In this document: positions 33,225-42,371 of the stretch, piece after piece
Numbering within the stretch: position 1 is the first letter of the stretch
How the letters are laid out: each line of letters begins with the position of its first letter
NCBI GenBank assembly: GCA_977020255.1
Contig: CDROCS010000253.1
Span: 1,240,001-1,304,000 of the forward strand
Length of the DNA stretch: 64,000 nucleotides
Direction of reading: 5' to 3'
DNA from: Obrimoposthia wandeli
Taxonomy: Eukaryota
Notes under the pieces: generated by a model
Databases searched by the model: none
Told to the model about the DNA's origin: nothing
Seen by the model: the letters and a program-made list of their open reading frames with translations, nothing else
Program-made: the position numbers and the translations under genes

Positions 33225-34879
33225 TGAAAGATAACTTTAGACAATCAATGAAGTGGTTTCATACTTGGGTTGGCCTTATTGTTGGCTGGATCTTATTTTT
33301 CATGTTTTTAACGGGTACGCTCGGTTATTTCTATCATGAAATTACCCGTTGGATGGAACCGGAAAGACCATTTATTGAGCATAACATCAGTAATGAACAA
33401 TTAATTAATATTGCTCAAACATACCTGAAAAAAAATGCTCAGGGCGTTGATGAATGGGATATTAAGTTACCTAATGTTCGTAATCAAAACCTACGAGTCG
33501 GTTGGCGCCATGTACCAGAAGAGGGTAAAAAACGTGGTCAATATAAAACAAAAGTATTAAATATAACGACAGGCGAAAAAGTTGAGAGTCGTGCAACAGG
33601 TGGAGGCCGATTACTCTATAGAATGCATTATCGTTTGCATTATTTATCAACCAAAATCAGTTATTGGATTGTTGGTTTCTGTGCCATGTTAATGCTGTTG
33701 GCTGTGATCACCGGTGTTGTGATACATAAGAAAATATTCACCGACTTTTTTACTTTTAGAGCAAAAAAAGGCTTACCTGGCTGGTTAGATATTCACAATG
33801 TACTAAGTGTTATTGCGCTGCCATTTCACTTTATGATCACTTACAGTGGTTTACTTTTTTTCCTTTTTACCTACATGGCGTTAAGTACTAATTTACAAAC
33901 CAATGAAGATGAATATAGTGAAATGCGCACAGAAATATACCCACGGACAGCGTATTTAGATAGTGCTAATCAACCAGCAGACATGCTGGATATTTCATCG
34001 TTATACCAACAAGCAAAAAATAGCTGGAAAGCAGATGAACTAAGCCATATAGAAATGTATGCTGCTGATGATATTAATGCTCAGGTAGTCTTTGTTCGTC
34101 ACGAAACGGATATTACTTATAACCCGGATGATGAAGTTACTGTTAGTGCAGTTACCGGTGATGTTATAACGAAACCAACAAAACAGTACACCGCCGCGGG
34201 TATGATTCATAATGGCTTCTTCTCTTTGCATGAAGGCCAGTTCGCCGGACCTATTGCGCGTTGGATATACTTTTTCACTGGTCTTATTGGTACTGCAATG
34301 ATTGCCTCCGGATTAATTTTGTGGACAACGAAACGTAAACCTCAACAAATGAAGAAACCAAATGGACCTGATTTTGGTTACCGACTAGTTGAGCAACTCA
34401 ATATTGGTACTATTGTCGGTTTACCTATCGCTATTTGCATGTATTTCTATGCTAATCGGTTATTACCAGTAGATATGGTCGAGCGCGTAAACTGGGAAGC
34501 CAATGTGATGTTTATCAGTTGGGCAGTGCTATTAATATATCCGGCATTTCGTCCCGCTTATAAGGCGTGGCCTGAGCAATTACAACTTGCGGCATTAGCT
34601 TATATGACGCTACCGCTAGTGAATATATTAACCACAGATAAACACCTCATTAATAGTGTGTCGAATCAGGATTGGGGTCTTGCTGCTTTTGATATGATCT
34701 TTTTGGTTATTGGTTGTTGTTTTGCTTTTTCAGCCTATAAATATAAGATACTTCAGGTTGATAAAAAATTTAGGAAACCGACAATAAGGCAAGCTGCTAA
34801 ACAAGAAGAAAAACAAAGTGAAGTATTCGGAAATGAAGCCTTATTGAACGTACCAAAAGTAAGTAAGGGCAATAGTTAA
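33224..34879 (+). CDS. PepSY-associated TM protein (iron-uptake reductase-like)
   Basis: WFHTWVGL, YRMHY.LH, WLDIHN, LHEGQFAG His motifs. Confidence 0.9.
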   Translation: MKDNFRQSMKWFHTWVGLIVGWILFFMFLTGTLGYFYHEITRWMEPERPFIEHNISNEQLINIAQTYLKKNAQGVDEWDIKLPNVRNQNLRVGWRHVPEEGKKRGQYKTKVLNITTGEKVESRATGGGRLLYRMHYRLHYLSTKISYWIVGFCAMLMLLAVITGVVIHKKIFTDFFTFRAKKGLPGWLDIHNVLSVIALPFHFMITYSGLLFFLFTYMALSTNLQTNEDEYSEMRTEIYPRTAYLDSANQPADMLDISSLYQQAKNSWKADELSHIEMYAADDINAQVVFVRHETDITYNPDDEVTVSAVTGDVITKPTKQYTAAGMIHNGFFSLHEGQFAGPIARWIYFFTGLIGTAMIASGLILWTTKRKPQQMKKPNGPDFGYRLVEQLNIGTIVGLPIAICMYFYANRLLPVDMVERVNWEANVMFISWAVLLIYPAFRPAYKAWPEQLQLAALAYMTLPLVNILTTDKHLINSVSNQDWGLAAFDMIFLVIGCCFAFSAYKYKILQVDKKFRKPTIRQAAKQEEKQSEVFGNEALLNVPKVSKGNS

Positions 34880-35199
34880 TGTTATTACTCACCAGTTTAT
34901 GCTTTACCGCCATGGTGTTTTTTTGTTTAGCGATGAGTAAACACCGACAGCAAATATTAGTGCAAGAAGTACCTAACGTTGTAGTACGTTTTTTCCGACC
35001 TGCTGCTTGGTTGTTATTAACGTTCACCGCTTATTTGAGTGTTGAACTATTTGGCTGGTCTATTGGACCTGCGCTTTTATTTGGTGCATTAACAATAGCT
35101 ATTTTATTACTGACTTTATTATTAACTTATAGAGCGAAAATAGTGCCACCAGTGGTTGTTTTTTTACCTTTAGTTGCCCTTATAAATTTTTATAATTAG
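34879..35199 (+). CDS. DUF3325-like membrane protein
   Basis: LAMSKH..Q, GWSIGPAL.FG.LT; TAATG-coupled to the PepSY gene. Confidence 0.8.
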   Translation: MLLLTSLCFTAMVFFCLAMSKHRQQILVQEVPNVVVRFFRPAAWLLLTFTAYLSVELFGWSIGPALLFGALTIAILLLTLLLTYRAKIVPPVVVFLPLVALINFYN

Positions 35200-35735
35200 T
35201 TAACCTGAACACTGAATAAGCAGCACCTGTTCAATATTCTCTTTTATTCAATTTAAAGCTTATTAGAATGGTCATGTTGGATATATTCAACACTACTAGT
35301 GCACACTTTTGCCACTTTTCTGACCTAAATAAGTCCTAAAAACTAGGCCGATTTATGTTCACTTAGATACGATAGCTTACATTCGACTAACCTCTATTAG
35401 GGACACTTAGTGCTTTAGATTTTATGGCAACTTGGTGCGCTTTGCGGAAGTTAGCAACTTGTTAATCCTAACGTCCTCAGCAAGCTCTTTACTTCCTGTG
35501 GGCAGTCCACCTCAGCACGCTAACTTTTACTAGATTATAGTCTTTGGAGTGTGTAAATATTTTATATGCTTTTTTATACGGTTTCGAAAAAAGCAGTCAT
35601 TTGGATTGAAACTTAATATTAGATATACTTGTATTACTATATTTCTCTGATACACTTAGATCGTAAAGTAAGTTCCAGATGGAAATAAATACACTGCTGG
35701 AGCATTAATTGGGTTTTTAAGTTTTCAAGGGTTGT

Positions 35736-36068
35736 ATGGTGGAAAGTTTATTTGTTGCAGTGATGCTATCTCCTTCTCAAGGGGCCGCTAAGTTAGATCT
35801 GGCTATCAAAGCACGTGAAAATAAGGATAAAAAAACGATTACTAGGTTTCGGATTTCATTTAATGGTATTGCAGCGTTGTGTAATACAAATGTGATTACT
35901 CCTAATTTCACTCTAGAATTTATTGATGCATGTCTTCAGTATAATTGGTGTTGTTTTCTTGTTAGTAGTTCATCATTTGGTCTTATTCGTTTAGATGCAG
36001 CTGCTAACTTCCGAAAAATGAGTGGTGAAACATTGAATGAAATGTTGGCTGTAGATAGTTATAATTAA
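35736..36068 (+). CDS. Orphan hypothetical protein
   Basis: 110-aa ORF with AAGGG upstream; no family recognised. Confidence 0.5.
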   Translation: MVESLFVAVMLSPSQGAAKLDLAIKARENKDKKTITRFRISFNGIAALCNTNVITPNFTLEFIDACLQYNWCCFLVSSSSFGLIRLDAAANFRKMSGETLNEMLAVDSYN

Positions 36069-36086
36069 TTATAAAAGGTAATTACA

Positions 36087-36452
36087 ATGAGCGCTCAGAA
36101 GAAAAACCCGAAACCCAAATTTAAATCTATTCCTAGTTCTGAGCGTCACCGTGTGCTCATTAAAGGTACTTACCTTCTTTCTAAGGACGATCGAGAATTT
36201 ATTACTGATACATGTAGATCTATTATCTATCGGAAGTCAGGCCACGGTTATTCTGGTTATCGCGGTATGTCTGATGAAGTTATTTGTAATCGTTTTGGTT
36301 TTTCTATCTATGTAGACTCTAAAGAAATTCAAGATCGAATTTGTTTCCTATTAATAAAGCGTTTCACCCCACTCTCTGTTGTAAGAGTAGTAAAAGGTCG
36401 CAGCCCTAAAATTGGTCGAGATCATCGTGATGTATACCGATTGGTTGCGTAG
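36087..36452 (+). CDS. Orphan basic hypothetical protein
   Basis: 121-aa K/R-rich ORF, AAAGG RBS, 18 nt after the previous ORF; no family recognised. Confidence 0.6.
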   Translation: MSAQKKNPKPKFKSIPSSERHRVLIKGTYLLSKDDREFITDTCRSIIYRKSGHGYSGYRGMSDEVICNRFGFSIYVDSKEIQDRICFLLIKRFTPLSVVRVVKGRSPKIGRDHRDVYRLVA

Positions 36453-36692
36453 CTTGGTACTGTCAATTTTTTAAGCTAAATCAATAAAACACGTATCACG
36501 AGTAATTATTATTTCCTTCAATCAAAGAAGTGAAAGTATTGGCTAATATGATTTTTTAACGTCTGCCTTAGCTATTATGATCTTGCATCCTAAAAGCGGA
36601 TCGTTAATGTTAGGAATGCGCAAGCAGTCATGCCATTAAAACATTATGAGCTGGCAAAGCAGACTATATACGTGATTAGTTCTTGTCATTTT

Positions 36693-36769
36693 TAGGACTG
36701 CTTTGTGGTAACTGTTGACCTAAAGAATGACCGATAGCTAACGTCAACAATGTGCACAAAGTGATCCTA
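36693..36769. repeat. Palindromic intergenic element
   Basis: Nested IRs tagga/tccta, ctttgtg/cacaaag, gttgac/gtcaac. Confidence 0.5.
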
Positions 36770-37048
36770 TTTTTTAGTAGAAAACCTAATGTTATTCACT
36801 GGTCATAGTGAATGTCATAAGGTGACTCAATTGGTCACTCAAAATGAAGCATTGATAAAGCCTATAATCACGTTAATCTTGTTAATAATTTAATGTATTG
36901 ATTTTACTTAAGCACCTAGCACTCATTATCTAGAGTTCAGCTTAGGTAAGTAATGAAAGCTCTCCCTGCATGTTTTTGAACCCCAGCAAATAAATTCACT
37001 AACCATAAAAAAATCTGATTTGGAAAATTTCAACATAGTGTAAATATT

Positions 37049-37070
37049 CTGCAATATTTATGTCACAAAT
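37049..37070 (+). promoter_or_regulatory. Possible Pho box
   Basis: 11-bp-periodic CTGCAATATTT ATGTCACAAAT resembles CTGTCAT-type repeats. Confidence 0.35.
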
Positions 37071-37094
37071 CTCATTTATTATATTTGCAAACAT

Positions 37095-37108
37095 CTGGTC
37101 TAGACCAG
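37095..37108. promoter_or_regulatory. PhnR (GntR/HutC-type) operator upstream of the TonB receptor
   Basis: Perfect palindrome CTGGTCTAGACCAG; same 12-bp core at 45835; fits the HutC-subfamily GT-N-TA-N-AC pattern. Confidence 0.85.
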
Positions 37109-37141
37109 TATTTGTAATAATAGAATATATGGGGATATAAC

Positions 37142-39979
37142 ATGATGAAGTTAAAACCGATAGCGGCAACGTTATTAGCGCTGAGCAGCTTTAACGCGCT
37201 TGCGGACGGCACTATTTATGGTCTAGTCAGTGATGTCACTGGCGTGTTGTCAGGGGCTAAAATCTCTTTGCTAGGCAGTAATGTTCAAACCGCTACCGAT
37301 GCTAAGGGCCAGTTTACCCTCAACTACCTTCCTGTTGGAAAACAAACACTGCGTATTAAATATATTGGTTATTCCTCTTCTGATTATGACATTGTTGTTA
37401 TTGACGATAAATCTACCGATTTAGGTAATTTAAAAGTCAATGTGAGCGATGACACCATGGAAGAAGTGGTTGCGGTTGGTTATATGCGTCGTGGCGCTAT
37501 GCTGTCTGTGAACATGCAAAAAGAATCCAACAACATTAAAAATGTTATGTCGGCTGATGGTATCGGTAAATTACCCGATCGTAATGCTGCTGAAGCTTTA
37601 CAGCGTATGCCAGGTGTATCAATAGAACGAGATCAAGGAGAAGGACGTTTTGTTGCCATACGTGGTTTACCTGCGCAGTGGAACTCAACCTCTATTAACG
37701 GTGACCGCCTACCTACCGCAGAAGAAGAAACAACGAGTCGCGCCGTTGCTTTAGATTTTTTTCCAACTGACATGATTGAGATGGTCGAAGTGACCAAAGC
37801 GCTTACTCCTGATATGGAAGGTGATGCTGTTGGTGGAAATGTTAATTTTATTACCCGTCGTGCCCCGGATGAACGGACATTATCGATAAATGTCGGCGCG
37901 GGCGCTTCAGAAAAAGCGGAAGGTGGTAGTCAATCGCTTAATTTACTTTATGGTGATAGATCTGATGATGGAAAATTTGGTTTTTTAATTAACGGTACCG
38001 CTTGGATTCGTGATTGGGCAACCGATAACTATGAACCTCGTCGTGCTATTGATGATGATGGTATTGCAGGTGTTCATCGCTTAGAGCTAAGAGATTATAC
38101 CGGTACACGCAGTACTTACGGTCTGAATATGTCGGGTGAATACTTACTTGATAACGGTTTGGTTTATGCCAAAGCAATGTACGGTACGTTATCAGATGAA
38201 GAGACACATTATAAAACCCGTGTTCGCTATAATAAAAATCGCGTTGAGCTTCAGCATATTTATAATGAATTAAATACAGAAATGCACGGTTTTGAAGTGG
38301 GTGGTGAATATGATTTTGATATTAATACTCGTATGGAATGGAAACTAAGTACCTATCAAAATCAGTTTGAATATGGCGACATACCTAATAAAGAAGACAA
38401 TGCTTATTACGTTGTTAAATTCAAACAAAGTGTAGAATTTGATGGTGATGTTGGTATGCGAAATGGCGTTGATACGGGTAGTGGCTTAATTTACAACACA
38501 GTAGACGGCGGTACCGATCCGGCATTAGCAATAGGTACACATTTACCTAGTGACTGGTCAATGGATCCTAGCAAGGCTGTATTAGCAGACGTTGAACTTT
38601 ATGGTATTGATATTAAAGAGCGTGACAAAATTGTTGCTCAATTTGATGTAATTCATGCTTACAATGACAAGTTAGAACTGAAATCTGGCTTTAAATATCG
38701 TAGCAAAGAAAGAAATGCCCGCTTTTACGATAAGTTTTATGGTTGGAATGAAGAAAAATATGGTCCAACGCCAACCATGGCTAAAGTTGCTGAGGATCTA
38801 GGAGTAGCGTTAGTGGATCAACCAGGCCGTGAAGATTACTTAAGTGAATTCTCAATTGATTACCAAGCAATGTTTTCTCAAGTTATACCGGTTAATGACT
38901 TAAAACGTTGGTGGGGTGAGAATCAAGACAAACTCACTTTCCTCGATGATGACTCACAGGTTGTTGAAAATGGTGGCGGACTTAGCCGTAACTTTGACCT
39001 TGAAGAAACGCACATGTCATTTTACGGTATGGCAACGTATAAACCTTCTAGTCAATGGACAATTCTTGGCGGTATCCGAGCCACACAAACTAAAACTGAT
39101 GTGTATGGTTTTGTCGCAGTTGAAAGTGAGGACGGCACTTCGGTAGAGCAAGAGAACGGTAGTAAGGATTATTGGTCAATACTGCCTTCAATTCATGCAA
39201 CTTATCATGTAAATGACATGAGTAATGTTCGTCTGGCCTTAACGCGCACGTTTTCGAGACCTGATTTTGGTCAGCTTTCTCCAGGGTCAACCTATTCAGA
39301 AATGGAAAACCAGTTAAACTCCGGCAATCCAGAGCTAGACCCGACCTACGCCAATAACTTTGATCTTATGTACGAACACTACTTCGATGAAACGGGCATT
39401 ATTTCTCTAGGTTATTTCTATAAACAGATTATTGATCCTGTCTTTACTCAATCTTATCAAGGTATCTATAGAGATCAAACCGTCTTAATAAAAAGCCCGC
39501 TTAATGGCGACGATGCTTGGTTACATGGTGTTGAATTTGCGCTTAATACCAGTTTAGGTTTTATCAGTGACGAGCTTAATAACTTTGGATTTGGTTTTAA
39601 CTTTACCTTAATGGACTCGGAAATGAATATTCCCGAACGCGCCGATACCGTTAAAGTACCTAGACAAGCTGATGAGTTATTTAACGTCGGTATGTACTAC
39701 GATAATGGTACTTTTGCGACGCGTATCGCGGTGAATCATAAAGGTGAATACATAGAAGACTTTGGTAGTGAAGCTGCGCACGATACCTACTATGGTGACT
39801 ACACTAGCGTTGACTTTAGTGCCTCGTACAACATCACATCAAAAGCAATGCTTTATGTTGAAGTAAATAACTTAACGGATGAGCCATTACAGTACTTTAC
39901 TGGCTCTGAGCAGCGTCCAAATCAAATTGAATACTACGGTATTCGTGGGCAAGTAGGCTTTAAATACGACTTTTATTAA
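37142..39979 (+). CDS. TonB-dependent receptor with N-terminal beta-sandwich domain
   Basis: Signal peptide, EEVVAVG TonB-box region, plug AEALQRMPGVSIERDQGEGRFVAIRG, C-terminal VNNLTDEP...GFKYDFY. Confidence 0.95.
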   Translation: MMKLKPIAATLLALSSFNALADGTIYGLVSDVTGVLSGAKISLLGSNVQTATDAKGQFTLNYLPVGKQTLRIKYIGYSSSDYDIVVIDDKSTDLGNLKVNVSDDTMEEVVAVGYMRRGAMLSVNMQKESNNIKNVMSADGIGKLPDRNAAEALQRMPGVSIERDQGEGRFVAIRGLPAQWNSTSINGDRLPTAEEETTSRAVALDFFPTDMIEMVEVTKALTPDMEGDAVGGNVNFITRRAPDERTLSINVGAGASEKAEGGSQSLNLLYGDRSDDGKFGFLINGTAWIRDWATDNYEPRRAIDDDGIAGVHRLELRDYTGTRSTYGLNMSGEYLLDNGLVYAKAMYGTLSDEETHYKTRVRYNKNRVELQHIYNELNTEMHGFEVGGEYDFDINTRMEWKLSTYQNQFEYGDIPNKEDNAYYVVKFKQSVEFDGDVGMRNGVDTGSGLIYNTVDGGTDPALAIGTHLPSDWSMDPSKAVLADVELYGIDIKERDKIVAQFDVIHAYNDKLELKSGFKYRSKERNARFYDKFYGWNEEKYGPTPTMAKVAEDLGVALVDQPGREDYLSEFSIDYQAMFSQVIPVNDLKRWWGENQDKLTFLDDDSQVVENGGGLSRNFDLEETHMSFYGMATYKPSSQWTILGGIRATQTKTDVYGFVAVESEDGTSVEQENGSKDYWSILPSIHATYHVNDMSNVRLALTRTFSRPDFGQLSPGSTYSEMENQLNSGNPELDPTYANNFDLMYEHYFDETGIISLGYFYKQIIDPVFTQSYQGIYRDQTVLIKSPLNGDDAWLHGVEFALNTSLGFISDELNNFGFGFNFTLMDSEMNIPERADTVKVPRQADELFNVGMYYDNGTFATRIAVNHKGEYIEDFGSEAAHDTYYGDYTSVDFSASYNITSKAMLYVEVNNLTDEPLQYFTGSEQRPNQIEYYGIRGQVGFKYDFY

Positions 39980-39989
39980 TCGTATGTTT

Positions 39990-40018
39990 AGAGAGGTAGG
40001 GTTTGAACCTACCTCTCT
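39990..40018 (+). terminator. Hairpin between the TonB receptor and the MFS gene
   Basis: agagaggtagg-N7-cctacctctct. Confidence 0.65.
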
Positions 40019-40056
40019 TATTTCAAGTTTATTTTTCTCGGTAAGGTAAATGTTCC

Positions 40057-41379
40057 ATGTCTAAAATTCAACGTTACTTACAGCAAAGTCATACGATTAT
40101 TTTTGTTATCTATGCGTCATCAGCCGCTTTCATGACTTACTTTTGCATGTACGCCTTTCGTAAACCATTTACCGCAGCAAGTTACGAGCAAGTGGGAAGT
40201 TTATGGGATTTACTCGACTTTAAAGTGGCGATTGTTCTCGCCCAAGTACTGGGGTACTTATTATCAAAATTCATTGGTATAAAAATTATTTCCGAGTTAA
40301 CTGCCAATAAACGTACTGTTTTTTTACTTTGTTTGATTTTTGTTGCTCAACTGGCTTTGATTTTATTTGCTGTCGTGCCTGAAACATGGAAACCCTTAAT
40401 GATGTTTATTAATGGCATTCCACTGGGCATGGTCTGGGGTATTGTTTTTAGCTTTCTTGAAGGTCGTAAAACCACAGAGATACTCGGCGCTTTTTTAAGT
40501 ATTACCTTTATTATTGCTTCGGGTTTAGTACGCACCGTTGGGCAGTGGTTACTCGTTGAAATACAGATACCAGAGTTTTGGATGCCCGCAACAACAGGCG
40601 CACTATTTTTATTACCTTTGTGTATTTCGGTATTTTTATTGGCACAAATACCCCCGCCATCGGCAAGTGATCGTTGCGCTCGTCAAGAGCGTAAACCAAT
40701 GAATAGGCAGCAACGTTGGGCATTTTTCTGCCGCTTGGCACCGGGAATTTCATTATTGATCGCTAGCTTTTTATTATTTACTGGCTTACGAGATTTTCGC
40801 GACAATTTTTCTGCCGAAATCTGGCAAGCACTGGGTTACGGTGAAGAGCCTGCAATTTTTGCCTATGCCGGTATCCGCATGGCGATGATTGTTTTAGTGG
40901 CTTTAGCGGCGATGGTAATGATTAAAAATAACTGTATCGCTTTTTTAAGTAACCATGGCTTTATCTTATTGGGTTGTTTGTTATTAGGCGGCACTACCTA
41001 TGCTTTTGAGCAACAGCTTATCGATGGCAAAACATGGATGGTTTGGTTGGGCGCAGGGCTTTACATTGCCTATATCCCCTACAACTGTTTTTTATTTGAC
41101 CGCATGATTTCTGCGGTTGGCTCTACCGCAAATGTAGGATTTTTACTTTATCTTGCCGACTCTGCTGGTTACTTAGGTAGCGTCAGCATATTGCTCTATC
41201 GCACTTTTGCTTCACCTGATATTAGCTGGTTAGCTTTTTTTATTCAGCTTTGTTATTTAGTTTCTATTGTCGGTGGCGTACTTGTTTTTAGTTCTGTTAT
41301 TTACTTCAGCCATAAACTATTAGGTTTTGGCAAAAAATCAAATTTTACTCTAACGAAACCTCAGGTCGTATTAGATTAA
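40057..41379 (+). CDS. MFS-like transporter (DUF5690-type)
   Basis: About 12 TM; YFCMYAFRKPFTAA, FLEGRKTTE, LRDFRDNF, YIPYNCFLFDR. Confidence 0.78.
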   Translation: MSKIQRYLQQSHTIIFVIYASSAAFMTYFCMYAFRKPFTAASYEQVGSLWDLLDFKVAIVLAQVLGYLLSKFIGIKIISELTANKRTVFLLCLIFVAQLALILFAVVPETWKPLMMFINGIPLGMVWGIVFSFLEGRKTTEILGAFLSITFIIASGLVRTVGQWLLVEIQIPEFWMPATTGALFLLPLCISVFLLAQIPPPSASDRCARQERKPMNRQQRWAFFCRLAPGISLLIASFLLFTGLRDFRDNFSAEIWQALGYGEEPAIFAYAGIRMAMIVLVALAAMVMIKNNCIAFLSNHGFILLGCLLLGGTTYAFEQQLIDGKTWMVWLGAGLYIAYIPYNCFLFDRMISAVGSTANVGFLLYLADSAGYLGSVSILLYRTFASPDISWLAFFIQLCYLVSIVGGVLVFSSVIYFSHKLLGFGKKSNFTLTKPQVVLD

Positions 41380-41400
41380 TACAATAAAAAAATACATGTC

Positions 41401-41514
41401 TATGTAGTTAACTCAGGAGCTTGCTGTAAACGTCATCTTCGAAGTCTCTGATCGAAGATCCATGGATCCCCGATTAATACACCACGGGGATGACGTCCCT
41501 GAGTCATGAGCATA
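41401..41514. repeat. Double-hairpin REP/RPE-like element
   Basis: cgtcatcttcga...tcgaagatcc atg gatccccg...cggggatgacg (41431-41495) inside outer IR actcagg/cctgagt. Confidence 0.7.
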
Positions 41515-41555
41515 GGCACGAATCAATAAAACAATAATTTTTTAATTTATAGGAG

Positions 41556-42371
41556 ATGATTATGCAAAAAGTTGAAGCAGTTATTTTAGATTGGGCAGGC
41601 ACTGTCGTTGACTATGGCTCTGTAGCACCAACCACTATTTTTGTTGAAGCGTTTAAACGCGCTTACGATTTTGATATTAGCCTAGATGAAGCCAGAGGAC
41701 CTATGGGCATGGGAAAATGGGATCATATCAGAACGTTAGGTTCAACGCCTGCCGTTGCTGAACGCTGGTTGAAGCAGTTTGGCAGCACTATGAGTGATGA
41801 GGTTGTTGATGAAATTTACCATACTTTTATGCCGTTACAAAAAGCGAAAGTAACAGAGCATGCTCAGCCTATTGAAGGGGTATTAGCTACGCTAGCTTGG
41901 TTGAAAACACAAAATATAAAAATAGGTTCTTGTTCTGGTTATCCAAGAGAAGTGATGGAAATATTAGTACCCGCAGCAGCTAAGTATGGTTATGAGCCAG
42001 ATTGTTGGGTTGCTAGCGATGACATTGCCGCGGGTTCTCGTCCTGGTCCATGGATGGCATTACAAAACGTACAAGAGTTAGGTCTGAATAATGTTGCTAA
42101 CTGCATTAAATTTGACGATTCGGCTCCAGGCATTACTGAAGGACTTAATGCTGGTATGTGGACTGTAGGTATCGCCTTAACAGGTAACGCTGTTGGTTTG
42201 ACTGAAAATGAGTGGGCAGCATTAACGCCAGAGCAACAAACTGTATTACGAGACAAAGCTTACGATACCCTGTATCAAGCCGGAGCACATTATGTTGTTG
42301 ATTCACTTGCTGAGGCAAGACCTGTTGTTCAACAAATTATGGCGGCACGTGTTAGAAATCAACGTCCATGA
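41556..42371 (+). CDS. phnX: Phosphonoacetaldehyde hydrolase
   Basis: LDWAGTVVDYGSVAPT, ARGPMGMGKWDHI (Schiff-base Lys), GRPGPWM-like SRPGPWM. Confidence 0.96.
   Translation: MIMQKVEAVILDWAGTVVDYGSVAPTTIFVEAFKRAYDFDISLDEARGPMGMGKWDHIRTLGSTPAVAERWLKQFGSTMSDEVVDEIYHTFMPLQKAKVTEHAQPIEGVLATLAWLKTQNIKIGSCSGYPREVMEILVPAAAKYGYEPDCWVASDDIAAGSRPGPWMALQNVQELGLNNVANCIKFDDSAPGITEGLNAGMWTVGIALTGNAVGLTENEWAALTPEQQTVLRDKAYDTLYQAGAHYVVDSLAEARPVVQQIMAARVRNQRP

Noticed and set aside
36800-36822. GTCATA repeat as a Pho box
   Set aside because: Repeat period is 12, not the 11 bp required
37219-37230. Third PhnR site inside the TBDR gene (TGGTCTAGTCAG)
   Set aside because: Right half is degenerate (9/12) and it lies in coding sequence
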